This document shows, piece by piece, positions 47,223 through 57,266 of a stretch of DNA of 64,000 bases. The DNA is from Thermodesulfobacteriota bacterium (GTDB taxonomy: Bacteria; Desulfobacterota; BSN033; UBA1163), in contig JAPVTA010000262.1 in assembly GCA_047519465.1 (NCBI GenBank), positions 11,220 to 75,219 on the forward strand, given 5' to 3'. Each line of letters starts with the position of its first letter. Positions within the stretch are counted from its first letter, which is position 1. The position numbers were made by a program, and so were the translations under genes. The notes under the pieces were generated by a model. It did no database searches. It was not told the origin of the DNA and saw nothing but the letters and a program-made list of their open reading frames with translations.

Positions 47223-47485
47223 TTTAACACTTCGATTTTCTTTGCATTTTAAACTTCCAAATCTACCAATTTTCTCTTCTTTCTAACTCGCTTTTCCAGC
47301 TCCCCAAGTCAATTATTTCCTCTTCTTGATCAAAAAATTTTTAATTTTCAGCGAATCCGTATGCAATCCGTATCTTCATAGGGGTTAGGCTTCCCCATAA
47401 AAATCAGGAACGATTCCCCTCATGAAAGAGTCTAAGCGCACCATATTCCGCAATCTGCATTGTTTGCTTTAATAGGAAAGTTTGC

Positions 47486-47671
47486 GTGAAGACTTACATC
47501 ATTCGTATCTATCGTTTCGAGGATGATAGTCCCTTAAACCTCGTGGGAGTTGTGGAAGAGGTGGGAGTAGAAGGGAGAAAGAAGTTTACCGGTTATCAAG
47601 AACTCTGGAGCATCTTGAAAACCTCGTCTTTTCCTTTTTCAGAGGAGGGCAAGGACAGAGAGGATTTGTAA
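47486..47671 (+). CDS. small hypothetical protein
   Basis: 61 aa ORF with alternative (GTG) start in AT-rich region; no recognised domain. Confidence 0.2.
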   Translation: MKTYIIRIYRFEDDSPLNLVGVVEEVGVEGRKKFTGYQELWSILKTSSFPFSEEGKDREDL

Positions 47672-47885
47672 GGAGAAAAATCAGAATGAAAGGATGTTAC
47701 GGATGAAAAAAAGTCAAAAGGGAACGAAAGATCCCAGCAAAAGATATTTTGAAATGTCCGTTCGATCCCCTCCCTCGTTAGGACTACATCATTACAGGCA
47801 AAATATTATCTAAACAAGAAAGGAGGAAATGTCACTTAACACTTTCTCGTTGTCTAAACAAAAATTATAGAAGGAGGACATTACT

Positions 47886-48368
47886 ATGAAACGGTCAACA
47901 AAATTCTTCGTGGTTCTAGTTGGGTTAGCCTTCTTGTTTTGTGGAGGGATTAAAGCTTACGGACAACAATATACACCCGAGCAAAAAGAAGTATGGAAGA
48001 TGGAAGAGGCGTCGTGGGAATTGTTCAAGCAGGGAGATGTACAGAAGTACCTCACACTATGGGATAAGAGTGCTGAGGTGTGGGGAAACGCATTAGAAGG
48101 GCCGACAACAAAGCAATCATATGAAAAAGGTTGTGGTGGGGAAGGAAAAAGTTTCTTTCCATTCCCTTCTGAGAAGATTCAAGGAAAAGATCTTTCTTAC
48201 AAACTGAGTCCTCCAAGCATCAATATCCATGACAATGTTGCCCTTGTTTTCTACCGCTGCACAATTAATGGAGTTGATGTCTCTCCTTTCGAGACCCGAG
48301 TTTTACACGTGTGGCAAAAACAGGGAGGGAAATGGTTGCTTATCGGCGGCATGAATATGAAAGAATAA
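47886..48368 (+). CDS. secreted SnoaL-like / DUF4440-like (NTF2 fold) protein
   Basis: 160 aa; signal peptide; GGAGG RBS. Confidence 0.45.
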   Translation: MKRSTKFFVVLVGLAFLFCGGIKAYGQQYTPEQKEVWKMEEASWELFKQGDVQKYLTLWDKSAEVWGNALEGPTTKQSYEKGCGGEGKSFFPFPSEKIQGKDLSYKLSPPSINIHDNVALVFYRCTINGVDVSPFETRVLHVWQKQGGKWLLIGGMNMKE

Positions 48369-48997
48369 TTCCGCAGGCAGATGGGCGGTACAGGTTATTT
48401 CAGGATTAGGGCTTGGGGATGGAATAAACAGAGAAAGCGACACAACTCCACCACAATCATTTACGATTCAATACGGATGCGTTGGTTTTAACACACAGCA
48501 CATGATGAGGAGGAAGGCAGGGCCATGTGGCTCTGCCTTCTTTTGTTTATTTCTTTCGGTAATCATCAACTCCGAGACGGATTCACTGTTGCAGAGTGGT
48601 ACGTTAAGTTCGCAATCGGGCATCAGGGTATCGATTGCTGAGATACATTTTCTCCACCCCTCTTTTAATGTAAAAAAGCTTTCATCCAAACTCTGAACAG
48701 CCTCCCTTATGTGTTCCGTTGAAAGGTGACTGCACCTCATTGTCATTCTCAAATCCTTGCGTGCAAGTAAGGTTTGGACGGTCCTTAAATTGACTCTTCC
48801 GATTAACTTTCAAACCTATCTCCAAAGTCAAGAAAATAATCGGTTCCATGCGTCGAGCATGCCAAAAATTTCTTGACAAAAATCCAAAAGAGTTTAAAGT
48901 TCTTGTAAATTAGGAGGATGAAGAACGCCGAAAAGACTCATATGGAGGCAATAACCCGCGGACTTCGCGTGGGCAACAAATGAGAAAGGATTCGTGA

Positions 48998-50488
48998 GTG
49001 GAATACCTTCCTGTTACTGTTGATAAAAGCCACCTCATTACCATCGGAGAAAGACTCTATTCGGAGAGCATTGAGCTCATCCGCGAGTTAGTAAACAATG
49101 CCTATGATGCGGACGCGACAGAGGTCGAAATCAAAATGACCGACGAATCCATCGAGGTCAAGGATAACGGGACAGGAATGGATCGGGAAGGGCTAAGACA
49201 ATATTTCAATATCGGCTCCCCAGAGAAGATCGTAAAGAATAAATCGCCCCTGTTTCATCGGGACCTTATCGGTCAGTTTGGCATCGGAAAGTTTGCAAGC
49301 CTTTCTGCCTGCGAATGTTTTGAGGTCTATACTCAAAGAGGTGATTTTGCGGCCAAGGTGACCTTTGACAAAACGGAGTGGGGAAAGGAGGGAGACGAGT
49401 GGAACTTACCGCTACAAATTTTGCCCGCCGATAGAGAGAGAGGAGATGGAACAACCGTCACCCTTCTTCGATTGATAAGAGCATTTGAACCTGAAGAAGT
49501 GGTCCGGAAGATTGTCGAAGGGACCCCCTTAAAAGTACAGAATTTCGTGGTCAGGCTCAACGGACTGAGAATTACGCCGAGGAGCCTCAGCGGACATCGA
49601 ATTCCCTTTCTCGAGGGCACAGACTTCGGTCCCGTCCACGGAGAGATCATCATCTTACCTTCTTCCACCGCCTCTCCGGAAGAGTTGGGGATTGAAGTGA
49701 AGGTGAAACAGGTCACGATTAAGAGAGAATTTTTTGGGTTGGAGCATTGGGGCAAGCTTGTTTCCAGAATTCGGGGAGAGGTACATGCCGATTTTCTCCC
49801 GGTCACCACAGATCGTTCAGGATTTGTTCAGGACAGCTCCCAGTACCAAGTTTTCCGAAAGATAATGGATAAGGTCGTCCAGGAGGTGGACGATATCCTT
49901 AAGCGGTTAGCAGGCCGCAAAGAGAAACAAAGGGCCGGTAAGGCGTTGAAGGAAGCCCTCCAGAGGGTTCATCGATCACTTGCTCTTAATCCAGATCTTT
50001 GCCCTTTCGGTGCTATTCCTTTGGCTGGCGAAGGTGAGGGGATGGGAGGTGCAGGGGTTCTGCCAAAAAAGTCAGATCAAGATGGAGGGAGAAATGTTCA
50101 AACGAAGGAAGAGGCGAAGACCGAAGGAGAGGTTGGAGAAACTGAAGCACCAAAGAAAGTAAGAAAGAAATCCCCCAAGGTTAAGCGTCTAACTCCCAAT
50201 GCGATCGTTCAGAGAATGAAATTTGGAGAAACAGGGATCTCTGTCTGTGTTGACGATTTTGGCGAGAATGAGCCAGAATGTTTTACGGAAGGGACGGTGA
50301 TTTATGTTAACCGACAGCACCCCCTGTATCAAAGAGAAGCCAAGAAGCAAGAGACCTATATCTTAAACGTCACAAGGCTGATTACCCAGGAGATCTCATT
50401 GATGAAAGATACGAAAAACCCACGGCTTGCTTTTTCGAGACAGAGCAAACTCCTCAGGGATGCCTTCATCGAGAATCCTCCGCGCTGA
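48998..50488 (+). CDS. GHKL-superfamily ATPase (HATPase_c, MORC/Hsp90-like), stand-alone
   Basis: Bergerat-fold motifs ELVNNAYDA (N box), VKDNGTGM (G1), GQFGIGKFAS (G2); long charged linker. Confidence 0.75.
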   Translation: MEYLPVTVDKSHLITIGERLYSESIELIRELVNNAYDADATEVEIKMTDESIEVKDNGTGMDREGLRQYFNIGSPEKIVKNKSPLFHRDLIGQFGIGKFASLSACECFEVYTQRGDFAAKVTFDKTEWGKEGDEWNLPLQILPADRERGDGTTVTLLRLIRAFEPEEVVRKIVEGTPLKVQNFVVRLNGLRITPRSLSGHRIPFLEGTDFGPVHGEIIILPSSTASPEELGIEVKVKQVTIKREFFGLEHWGKLVSRIRGEVHADFLPVTTDRSGFVQDSSQYQVFRKIMDKVVQEVDDILKRLAGRKEKQRAGKALKEALQRVHRSLALNPDLCPFGAIPLAGEGEGMGGAGVLPKKSDQDGGRNVQTKEEAKTEGEVGETEAPKKVRKKSPKVKRLTPNAIVQRMKFGETGISVCVDDFGENEPECFTEGTVIYVNRQHPLYQREAKKQETYILNVTRLITQEISLMKDTKNPRLAFSRQSKLLRDAFIENPPR

Positions 50489-50534
50489 TAGGTGGGCCGT
50501 TCCTTTGGAAATAGTAGAAATGGAAGGAGAAGAA

Positions 50535-50963
50535 ATGAGGCATTATAGAACGTTTACGATGATGGGGTCTGTATTAGTAACTGCTTTATTTGCAGGAGTC
50601 GCCCTGTTGGTTTTCTCTTGTGCGACGGCGCCAAGCGCGCCACTTGCTCCGGGCGAGGTGAAATTGATAAAATTAGATATCCCGCGCGAGGAGAGTATCA
50701 TAAGAAATTTGCCGTTTGTGGTGACTATTCAATTCGAAGCAGATGGCAAACCCGAGATTAAAAGAGCTTGTTTTTATTGGTCGGGTGACGGGCCGTACTG
50801 TTTTAAGGTGGCGGATGTAGGTTATGGCTCCCCGGGGACGATTAGAGTCGAGCCCCGTGCTAAAGGCTCCGGAACGTATGCATTGGAAGCTTATGTTCTA
50901 TATATCCGAGACGGGAAGACGCAACCGACCAAAGCGATAGGCACTCGTGTCCTGGTTCCGTAA
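50535..50963 (+). CDS. lipoprotein of unknown function
   Basis: Lipobox LVFSCAT; AAGGAGAAG RBS before ATG 50535 (ORF opens earlier at 50427). Confidence 0.45.
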   Translation: MRHYRTFTMMGSVLVTALFAGVALLVFSCATAPSAPLAPGEVKLIKLDIPREESIIRNLPFVVTIQFEADGKPEIKRACFYWSGDGPYCFKVADVGYGSPGTIRVEPRAKGSGTYALEAYVLYIRDGKTQPTKAIGTRVLVP

Positions 50964-51059
50964 TAAAAAGACCCGTGGAAAAGGAGATGGCTTACAGGAC
51001 GCCTTTGGAAAAAGAAAGGTTGATTTGTTACCGTTGCATCAGCCGGACGAGATCGTTTA

Positions 51060-51659
51060 TTAGGACTCTGTTTTTATTCGAAGATTGGGATCGTCTTTCT
51101 CGAAGAGATGCATCTTATCGAGGTCTAAGGCAAGCTCGATCACCTGGTGGACTCGAACCGAGGTCTGCACACCCACCACCGCCACAAAATTATGTCTACC
51201 CGATGTGACATTCAAATGGATCTCCGACCCTAACGGCTCGATCACATCGACGACTGCCTTTATGCGATTTCCCTTGAGGCGCCCGGGTGCATACTGCAGA
51301 TCATAGATATCGTTGGGCCGTATTCCACAAATGACTTCTGAGCCTACCATCGGTTTATAAGACAGAGCTTTTTTCTCAGGCATGGGCAGCTGGAATGTTC
51401 CTGCATCGATGAACACAACATTATCTCTCGAAAGCAACCGAGAAGGGAAAAAGTTAATCACAGGACTTCCGATAAATCCTGCCACAAACATATTCACCGG
51501 ATGATGGTAACCCTCCAGAGGGGCTCCGATCTGCTGAATCACCCCATCCTTCATGACGACAATCTTCGTTCCCATCGTCATCGCTTCCACCTGATCATGG
51601 GTCACATAGATGATCGTCGTCTGAAGCCGATCGTGTAGCTTCGAAAGTTCAGCGTGCAT
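51060..51659 (-). pseudogene. 5'-truncated ABC transporter ATPase (MalK/UgpC-like) remnant: only the C-terminal half
   Basis: Begins at …LHDRLQTTIIYVTHDQVEAM (post-Walker-B H-loop) with C-terminal MalK-type regulatory domain; no Walker A; 5' end abuts a GC-rich repeat (51661-51709). Confidence 0.6.
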
Positions 51660-51660
51660 C

Positions 51661-51709
51661 CATATTGTGCCCCTTGACCCCGCCCTGAAGGGAGGGGCTT
51701 GCGGGGTAC
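51661..51709. repeat. GC-rich about 48-nt dispersed repeat, copy 2, abutting truncated MalK-like fragment
   Basis: CATATTGTGCCCCTTGACCCCGCCCTGAAGGGAGGGGCTTGCGGGGTAC. Confidence 0.55.
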
Positions 51710-51789
51710 GGACCGGTCAATCCCTCAGAAAGGATCAAAACTGGCTTAAAAGGTCTGTAAGACGGCAGAATAGAATATTTTCAGCAACT

Positions 51790-52326
51790 CTATTCTGAAT
51801 GACTATGGAATTCCGAGACCTGTCGGAGCCCCTTGACGATAGGGCCATCCTCTTTCCAGAGATGGCAGGTATTTATGAATTTTTTTATGGTCTGTTCGGG
51901 AAGACCTGGTTTCCTTACAAAGGTCCCGTAAGCAGCCCAATATCCCTGGACAGCAGACTCCCCCATGGCAATGACGAGGCTTGTCAGGTGTGCACAACCT
52001 TTTGTCCTGCCAATCACCTTCTTTACTTTCATACTATAGCCTGGGGCAATCTCCAGCCCCTCCAAATGACGGATCTGAGGAAGCATCTCCGGGCATTCTT
52101 TCCTTGGATGATGAGGCATTGCGGCCTCTGCCTGTTCGATCAACATCCCAGGGCCCTTGACCTTTAATCGGACAACCATATGGTGCACAAGCTGGGATTC
52201 CTTCGAACCTTCCTCTTGTCTCGGCGGATACCGATGGTCTATGAGGCTGCCTTCTACAAGGATGTAATGATCCCCCAAGTCAGAAGTTCGCATCGAAATT
52301 TCCCTGGTGTGAACAAGTTTCTCCAT
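51790..52326 (-). CDS. DUF2889-like hypothetical protein
   Basis: 178 aa; family resemblance only. Confidence 0.35.
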   Translation of the reverse strand: MEKLVHTREISMRTSDLGDHYILVEGSLIDHRYPPRQEEGSKESQLVHHMVVRLKVKGPGMLIEQAEAAMPHHPRKECPEMLPQIRHLEGLEIAPGYSMKVKKVIGRTKGCAHLTSLVIAMGESAVQGYWAAYGTFVRKPGLPEQTIKKFINTCHLWKEDGPIVKGLRQVSEFHSHSE

Positions 52327-52398
52327 GTGTCCCCTCTCTTATAAAAGAAGCTGAACTCAAAGTCAACCGCATGGAGGCGGCGGCAGGGACTCCTAACC

Positions 52399-52428
52399 TT
52401 GACAGATTAAGGAGATTCCGCGTATATT
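52399..52428 (+). promoter_or_regulatory. sigma70-like promoter (TTGACA-18-TATATT) about 370 nt upstream of HD-GYP regulator
   Basis: -35 52399-52404, -10 52423-52428. Confidence 0.4.
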
Positions 52429-52464
52429 ACGACCTGTTCAAAAAGATTTATTCCGTTTGCTGAT

Positions 52465-52500
52465 CCCCTACACCCTTCCCCTCCCCACTTGGAGGCTGTG
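52465..52500. repeat. partial second copy of the 39836 GC-rich element
   Basis: CCCCTACACCCTTCCCCTCCCCACTTGGAGG resembles left arm + loop of the 39836 hairpin; right arm degenerate. Confidence 0.4.
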
Positions 52501-52800
52501 TCGTAATCGCAGTCTTGACGGGAAAGAGACAGTCGGGTTTCCAAGCTTCGGAATGCGGTCTTTTAGGAATGGCTAATCGGCGCTTATGGAAAATGAAGTC
52601 ATCTCAAGGATATGGAACGTATGAATCTCACATGTAGAAGGTTGCCGCTCCGAAGACTTTGGGAAGCGAGGCCGCTTCCCGGCAAGCCGCCCAACATCCC
52701 CGACCGTCTCTTCCGTCTTGCCTTGAACCGGCCTTTATGATTGTGGCACAGTCTCTTGAGGGGGAGGGATGGGCGGGGAGACACCCTGAAAGGAGAGAGA

Positions 52801-53844
52801 ATGCCAAAAATCCTTATCGCAGACGATGATCCGGTCCTCCTGAAGTACCTCAGTGCCGTGTTAGAAAAACAGGACTACCAGTATACCGCTGCAAGGAATG
52901 GGATTGAGGCCATCGAAAAGGTGAAAACCTACAGTCCCGATCTCATGTTGCTTGACGTCATGATGCCTGAAATGGATGGGCTGGAGGTTTGCAAGAAGTT
53001 GAAGAATGACCCGGCCACGCGCCACATCCCCATCATCCTCATCACCGGGTCGACAGACAGGGAACTGAGAATTAATGGGCTTTCGGCGGGGGCAAACGAT
53101 TTTCTTACAAAGCCAATCGACAGACCGGAGCTGATCGCAAGAATTAGAAACCTGCTTCGAATAAAGGAATTCGAGGATTTTCTAAGCAATCATAATGAGT
53201 TGCTCAAAAGAGAAGTGGAGGACAAGATAAGGCAGATACGGGAGGGATACATTGATACCATCATCAGGCTTACAACTGTGGCAGAATATAAGGATGAAGA
53301 AACGGCAGCTCATATCCGCAGAGTCGGCCATTACTGTCAACAGATGGCAAAACATCTTGGATGGTCAGAAGAAGACCAAGAGACAATCCTGTATGCCAGC
53401 CCCATGCATGATATAGGCAAGGTGGAGATCCCTCTCGAGATCCTGCTGAAAAGTACGAAACTGACCCCTGAAGAATTTGCATTGATAAAAACCCACACCC
53501 TCATCGGAGCGGATATCCTCCACGATTCGAAATCGAGGTACCTCCGGATGGCGGAAACAATTGCGCTGACCCACCACGAAAGGTGGAACGGTACCGGATA
53601 TCCGCGAGGTCTCAGAGCGGAAGAAATTCCCTTGGCAGGAAGAATCATGAATATTGTTGACCAGTATGATGCCCTTCGAGGCAGAAGGCCATACAAGTCC
53701 CCTTTAGACCACGAAGTGGCAGTGAAGATCATCGTAGAGGGCGATGGAAGAACATCTCCTGAACATTTTGACCCGAATCTGAGAGAAGCTTTCGTAGAGC
53801 TTGTCCCGGTCTTTAAAGACATATTTGAGAGACTCGAAGGGTGA
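52801..53844 (+). CDS. response regulator with HD-GYP domain (c-di-GMP phosphodiesterase, RpfG-like)
   Basis: REC domain (DDDP…LLDVMMPEMDG) + HD…HHERWNGTGYP motif; start at MPKIL with GGAGAG RBS. Confidence 0.85.
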   Translation: MPKILIADDDPVLLKYLSAVLEKQDYQYTAARNGIEAIEKVKTYSPDLMLLDVMMPEMDGLEVCKKLKNDPATRHIPIILITGSTDRELRINGLSAGANDFLTKPIDRPELIARIRNLLRIKEFEDFLSNHNELLKREVEDKIRQIREGYIDTIIRLTTVAEYKDEETAAHIRRVGHYCQQMAKHLGWSEEDQETILYASPMHDIGKVEIPLEILLKSTKLTPEEFALIKTHTLIGADILHDSKSRYLRMAETIALTHHERWNGTGYPRGLRAEEIPLAGRIMNIVDQYDALRGRRPYKSPLDHEVAVKIIVEGDGRTSPEHFDPNLREAFVELVPVFKDIFERLEG

Positions 53845-53907
53845 CGGCTGGGCGGTGAGGGGAGGTACCGACCGCTCTTGTCAAGTGGCCCGTCGTTTTT
53901 ACGGGGT

Positions 53908-54681
53908 TTACAGATACGGCTTCATCCAACTCAGTCCTTCCTCGGTTGTTTTGAGGGGCCTATATTCGCAGCCGATAAATCCTTTGTAGCCCGCTTCATC
54001 GATGAAACGAAAGAGATTTTGATAGTTAATCTCCCCTGTTCCGGGCTCGTGCCGTCCCGGATTATCAGCGATCTGAATATGACCTATTTTATCGAGGTTA
54101 TTTCTGATCGTTTCGGTAAGGTTCCCTTCCATAACCTGCATATGGTAGACATCATACTGGTAGAATAGGTTGGGATGATCTACTTCCATTATCAACGATA
54201 GGGCTTGTCCTGTGGAAGAAAGATAAAAACCCGGAATATCCCTCGTGTTGATCGACTCAACGAGAAGGCGGATGTTCTCCTGGGCCAGCATTTTAGAGGC
54301 GAACCGCAGGTTGTCCACCAATGTTTTCCGTATCCTTTTTTCGGGCAGCTTCGGGGTCAACCCGACAAGACAGTTGATCCGCGAGCACTTCAACGCCCTG
54401 GCATATTCAATGGCATGTCTCACGCCTTCTTGAAATTCCCCCACTCTGTCGGGCAGACACGCGATACCCCGCTCCCCCGCCTCCCACCTGCCAGCGGGGA
54501 GGTTGAAGAGAGCCTGCGTAAGACCGTGCCGTTCCAACTTTGCAGCCAATTCGCCAGCCTCATAGGCATAGGGAGACATGAATTCGACAGCGGTAAATCC
54601 GGCTTCCGCGGCCCGTGCGAAGCGGTCCAAGAAATCGACTTCTGTGAAGAGCATAGTGAGATTTGCGTCGAAATGAGGCAC
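53908..54681 (-). CDS. hydroxypyruvate isomerase-like (xylose-isomerase TIM barrel) protein
   Basis: FDANLTMLFTEVDFLDRFARAAEAGF matches Hyi N-terminus; probable GTG start (ORF opens at 54783). Confidence 0.7.
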   Translation of the reverse strand: MPHFDANLTMLFTEVDFLDRFARAAEAGFTAVEFMSPYAYEAGELAAKLERHGLTQALFNLPAGRWEAGERGIACLPDRVGEFQEGVRHAIEYARALKCSRINCLVGLTPKLPEKRIRKTLVDNLRFASKMLAQENIRLLVESINTRDIPGFYLSSTGQALSLIMEVDHPNLFYQYDVYHMQVMEGNLTETIRNNLDKIGHIQIADNPGRHEPGTGEINYQNLFRFIDEAGYKGFIGCEYRPLKTTEEGLSWMKPYL

Positions 54682-54724
54682 TTGGTTTCTCCTTTGGATG
54701 AAGTAAGAAAACCACGAAAAAGGC

Positions 54725-54753
54725 TTGACACTTGAGATAATTGTATCATATAA
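54725..54753 (+). promoter_or_regulatory. sigma70-like promoter (TTGACA-17-ATATAA)
   Basis: -35 54725-54730, -10 54748-54753, immediately upstream of 54765 ORF and the Liv-like operon. Confidence 0.5.
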
Positions 54754-54764
54754 GCTGATATCAT

Positions 54765-55073
54765 ATGAAGACGATAAGATCAAGCGATGTGGTGATTAAG
54801 TTTCCACTGGACTTGGTCATGGAGGGTGAAGTCAGATATCAGCAGTCCGCGATCAACGATCTTCCCAACGTCATCCGGAGTTCATCCGTCGGCCACAAAG
54901 AGATCCTCAATGCCATCAGAGCGGGAGATCGGGATTTGGCGGCTCAGGTCATGACCAAACATATCACGGAAGTGATCGAGGCTTGGAAGAAGCATATGGG
55001 CCCCGTTCAGGAAAGGAAACGGAAGAATAGAAACAGGACATACAAAAATCCAATTCATAGGAGGCTAAGATGA
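54765..55073 (+). pseudogene. possible remnant: C-terminal FCD domain of a GntR-family regulator without HTH
   Basis: 102 aa; …GHKEILNAIRAGDRDLAAQVMTKHI… typical of FadR C-terminal domain end; N-terminal wHTH absent. Confidence 0.35.
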
Positions 55074-56332
55074 AAGCAAAAGGACCGGTCGTAGTTTGTT
55101 TATCTGTTTTGACGGTTTTTGTTTTGTCAGTCCCACTTTTTGCCCAGCCGTCCAAGGTGATTAGAATTGGGGCCATCTATCCCTTAACGGGGAATTTGGC
55201 AACGACGGGTTTGGACTGCAAACGGGGAGTTGAGATGGCCGTCGATATCATCAACGGCAAATATGATCTTAATCTCCCCTTAGCTAAGACAGAAGGACTG
55301 CCAAATTTGGGGGGTGCCAAGATTGAGATGATCTTTGCGGACAGCAAAGGAGATCCTAAGAACGGCATGGCCGAGGCAGAAAGACTCGTCACCCAGGAGA
55401 AAGTGGTTGCTGTGATTGGAGCTTATCAAAGTGCAGTAACCAAAACGGCGAGCCAGGCTACAGAAAGGTTGAAGATCCCGTACGTTTGTTCTGACTCTAC
55501 TTCTCCGACCTTAACCGAAAGAGGATTTAAGTATTTCTTCAGGGCCGAATGCACGGATACGATCTTTGCCAAGAATCAGTTTGAATTCTTGGAGGATATA
55601 AAGAAAAAGACAAAAAGCAAGATCGAGACAGTCGCCCTCCTGTACGAAAACACCGAATGGGGTGCCAATGTGGGAAAAGAAGAGCAGAAGTATGCAAAAG
55701 AGTTTAAGTACAAAGTCGTTGCTGATATTCCGTATTCACAAAACGCCACGGATGTATCGAGCGAAGCGGGGGTTTTGATTAAAAACAAACCCGACGTATT
55801 ACTCCATGCTTCGTATATTACCGATGCCATTCTGTACACGAAGACCTTCAAGGAGTTAGGGTTTTCTCCTAAAGGATTCCTCACCATGGCCGGATATCTT
55901 GAACCGGGTTATCTCGGCACGGTGAAGGCCGATGGAAATTACATGGTCGTTCGGTCGACCTTTGCGTTAGATCTTGCCAAAAGGAAACCCCTCGTCGCCC
56001 AAGTCAACGACCTTTACAAGAAGAAATACGGAATGGAAATGAGCGGCAACGCCGCTCGCAGCTTTACGGCACCCTTTGTCGTTGCCGAGGCGATTAACAG
56101 GGCCAAGTCTACAGAGGCGGAAGCGGTGACGAAAGCCCTGATGGGAACGAATATCGGGGGAGACCAGATCATTAACCCGTGGAAAGGGGTTAAATTCGAC
56201 CCTCAAACTCACCAAAACATTTATGCGACGGGGATCCTTGTGCAAATCCAGGGGGAGCAGTACCATACCGTATGGCCCTTTGACATGGCCTCCAAAGACG
56301 TGATCTGGCCTTTCCCCGGATGGAAAAAGTAA
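55070..56332 (+). CDS. ABC transporter periplasmic substrate-binding protein (LivK-like)
   Basis: 420 aa; signal peptide; type I PBP fold. Confidence 0.8.
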   Translation: MKAKGPVVVCLSVLTVFVLSVPLFAQPSKVIRIGAIYPLTGNLATTGLDCKRGVEMAVDIINGKYDLNLPLAKTEGLPNLGGAKIEMIFADSKGDPKNGMAEAERLVTQEKVVAVIGAYQSAVTKTASQATERLKIPYVCSDSTSPTLTERGFKYFFRAECTDTIFAKNQFEFLEDIKKKTKSKIETVALLYENTEWGANVGKEEQKYAKEFKYKVVADIPYSQNATDVSSEAGVLIKNKPDVLLHASYITDAILYTKTFKELGFSPKGFLTMAGYLEPGYLGTVKADGNYMVVRSTFALDLAKRKPLVAQVNDLYKKKYGMEMSGNAARSFTAPFVVAEAINRAKSTEAEAVTKALMGTNIGGDQIINPWKGVKFDPQTHQNIYATGILVQIQGEQYHTVWPFDMASKDVIWPFPGWKK

Positions 56333-56402
56333 ACGGACTTCGATAAGAAGAGGAGGAGCTTCACCCAAGCTTCTCCTCTCTTCGTTCGCAAGGGAAGAGA
56401 TC

Positions 56403-57263
56403 ATGACGGATCAACTCGTGCAACAGGTTGTCAATGGATTATTGATTGGGTTTATCTATTCACTGATCGCCATCGGCCTGACTCTCATCTGGGGGGTCAT
56501 GAACATCGTCAACTTCGCCCACGGCGATTTTTTGATGGTCGGCATGTTTACGTCTTTTTGGCTTTACACCCTATATGGTGTCGATCCACTCTTTTCCATT
56601 CCGGTCTGCACAGCCCTCTTATTCATCTTAGGTCTTCTGATCTATCGCTTCATTGTCAGTAAGGTGATGAAGGGACCGATGCTCGCCCAGCTGGTCGTCA
56701 CCTTCGGGGTGAGCATCTTTCTCGCCAATCTGGCTGTATTCTTGTGGACTCCTGATTTCCGTCTCATTGAAAAACCGCTCCTTCACGGAACCTGGGACAT
56801 CGGGGAGATTAAGCTGAGCGTCCCCAAATTTGTTGCCACGATTGGAAGTGTGATCGCCTCTCTTTTTGTTTTCCTTTTCTTGAAAACAACCAAAACAGGA
56901 AAGGCGATCCTTGCTACCGAGATGGACCGGGAGGCAGCGTTACTGATGGGGATCAATACGGAACGCATCAACTCTATCTCTTTTGCACTGGGTTCAGCGC
57001 TGGTGGGCATCGCCGGCGCTTTCTTATCGACCTATTATTATATCTATCCTCAGGTAGGAGGCACTTTCGGACTGATTGCCTTTTGCGTTGTGGCCCTGGG
57101 AGGCTTTGGCAGCATCGAGGGAGCTTTTATTGCGGGCATCATTGTGGGCCTGGCCCAAACTCTCGGAGGCTTCTTCATCGACCCGGCTTACAAGTTTGCC
57201 ATCGTCTTCTTGATCTATCTCATTACCGTCTGGATAAGGCCCGAAGGTCTTCTCGGGTGGTAA
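56403..57263 (+). CDS. ABC transporter permease (LivH-like)
   Basis: 286 aa polytopic. Confidence 0.85.
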   Translation: MTDQLVQQVVNGLLIGFIYSLIAIGLTLIWGVMNIVNFAHGDFLMVGMFTSFWLYTLYGVDPLFSIPVCTALLFILGLLIYRFIVSKVMKGPMLAQLVVTFGVSIFLANLAVFLWTPDFRLIEKPLLHGTWDIGEIKLSVPKFVATIGSVIASLFVFLFLKTTKTGKAILATEMDREAALLMGINTERINSISFALGSALVGIAGAFLSTYYYIYPQVGGTFGLIAFCVVALGGFGSIEGAFIAGIIVGLAQTLGGFFIDPAYKFAIVFLIYLITVWIRPEGLLGW

Positions 57264-57266
57264 GGT

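Noticed and set aside
53337-53822. 161-aa minus-strand ORF
   Set aside because: It is antisense to the REC-HD-GYP gene, which has the HHERWNGTGYP motif.
53908-54783. N-terminal 34-codon extension of the Hyi-like ORF (MILSSSYDISLYD…)
   Set aside because: It has low-complexity composition with no homology. Homology to hydroxypyruvate isomerase begins at VPHFDANLTMLF, so a downstream (GTG) start is more plausible.
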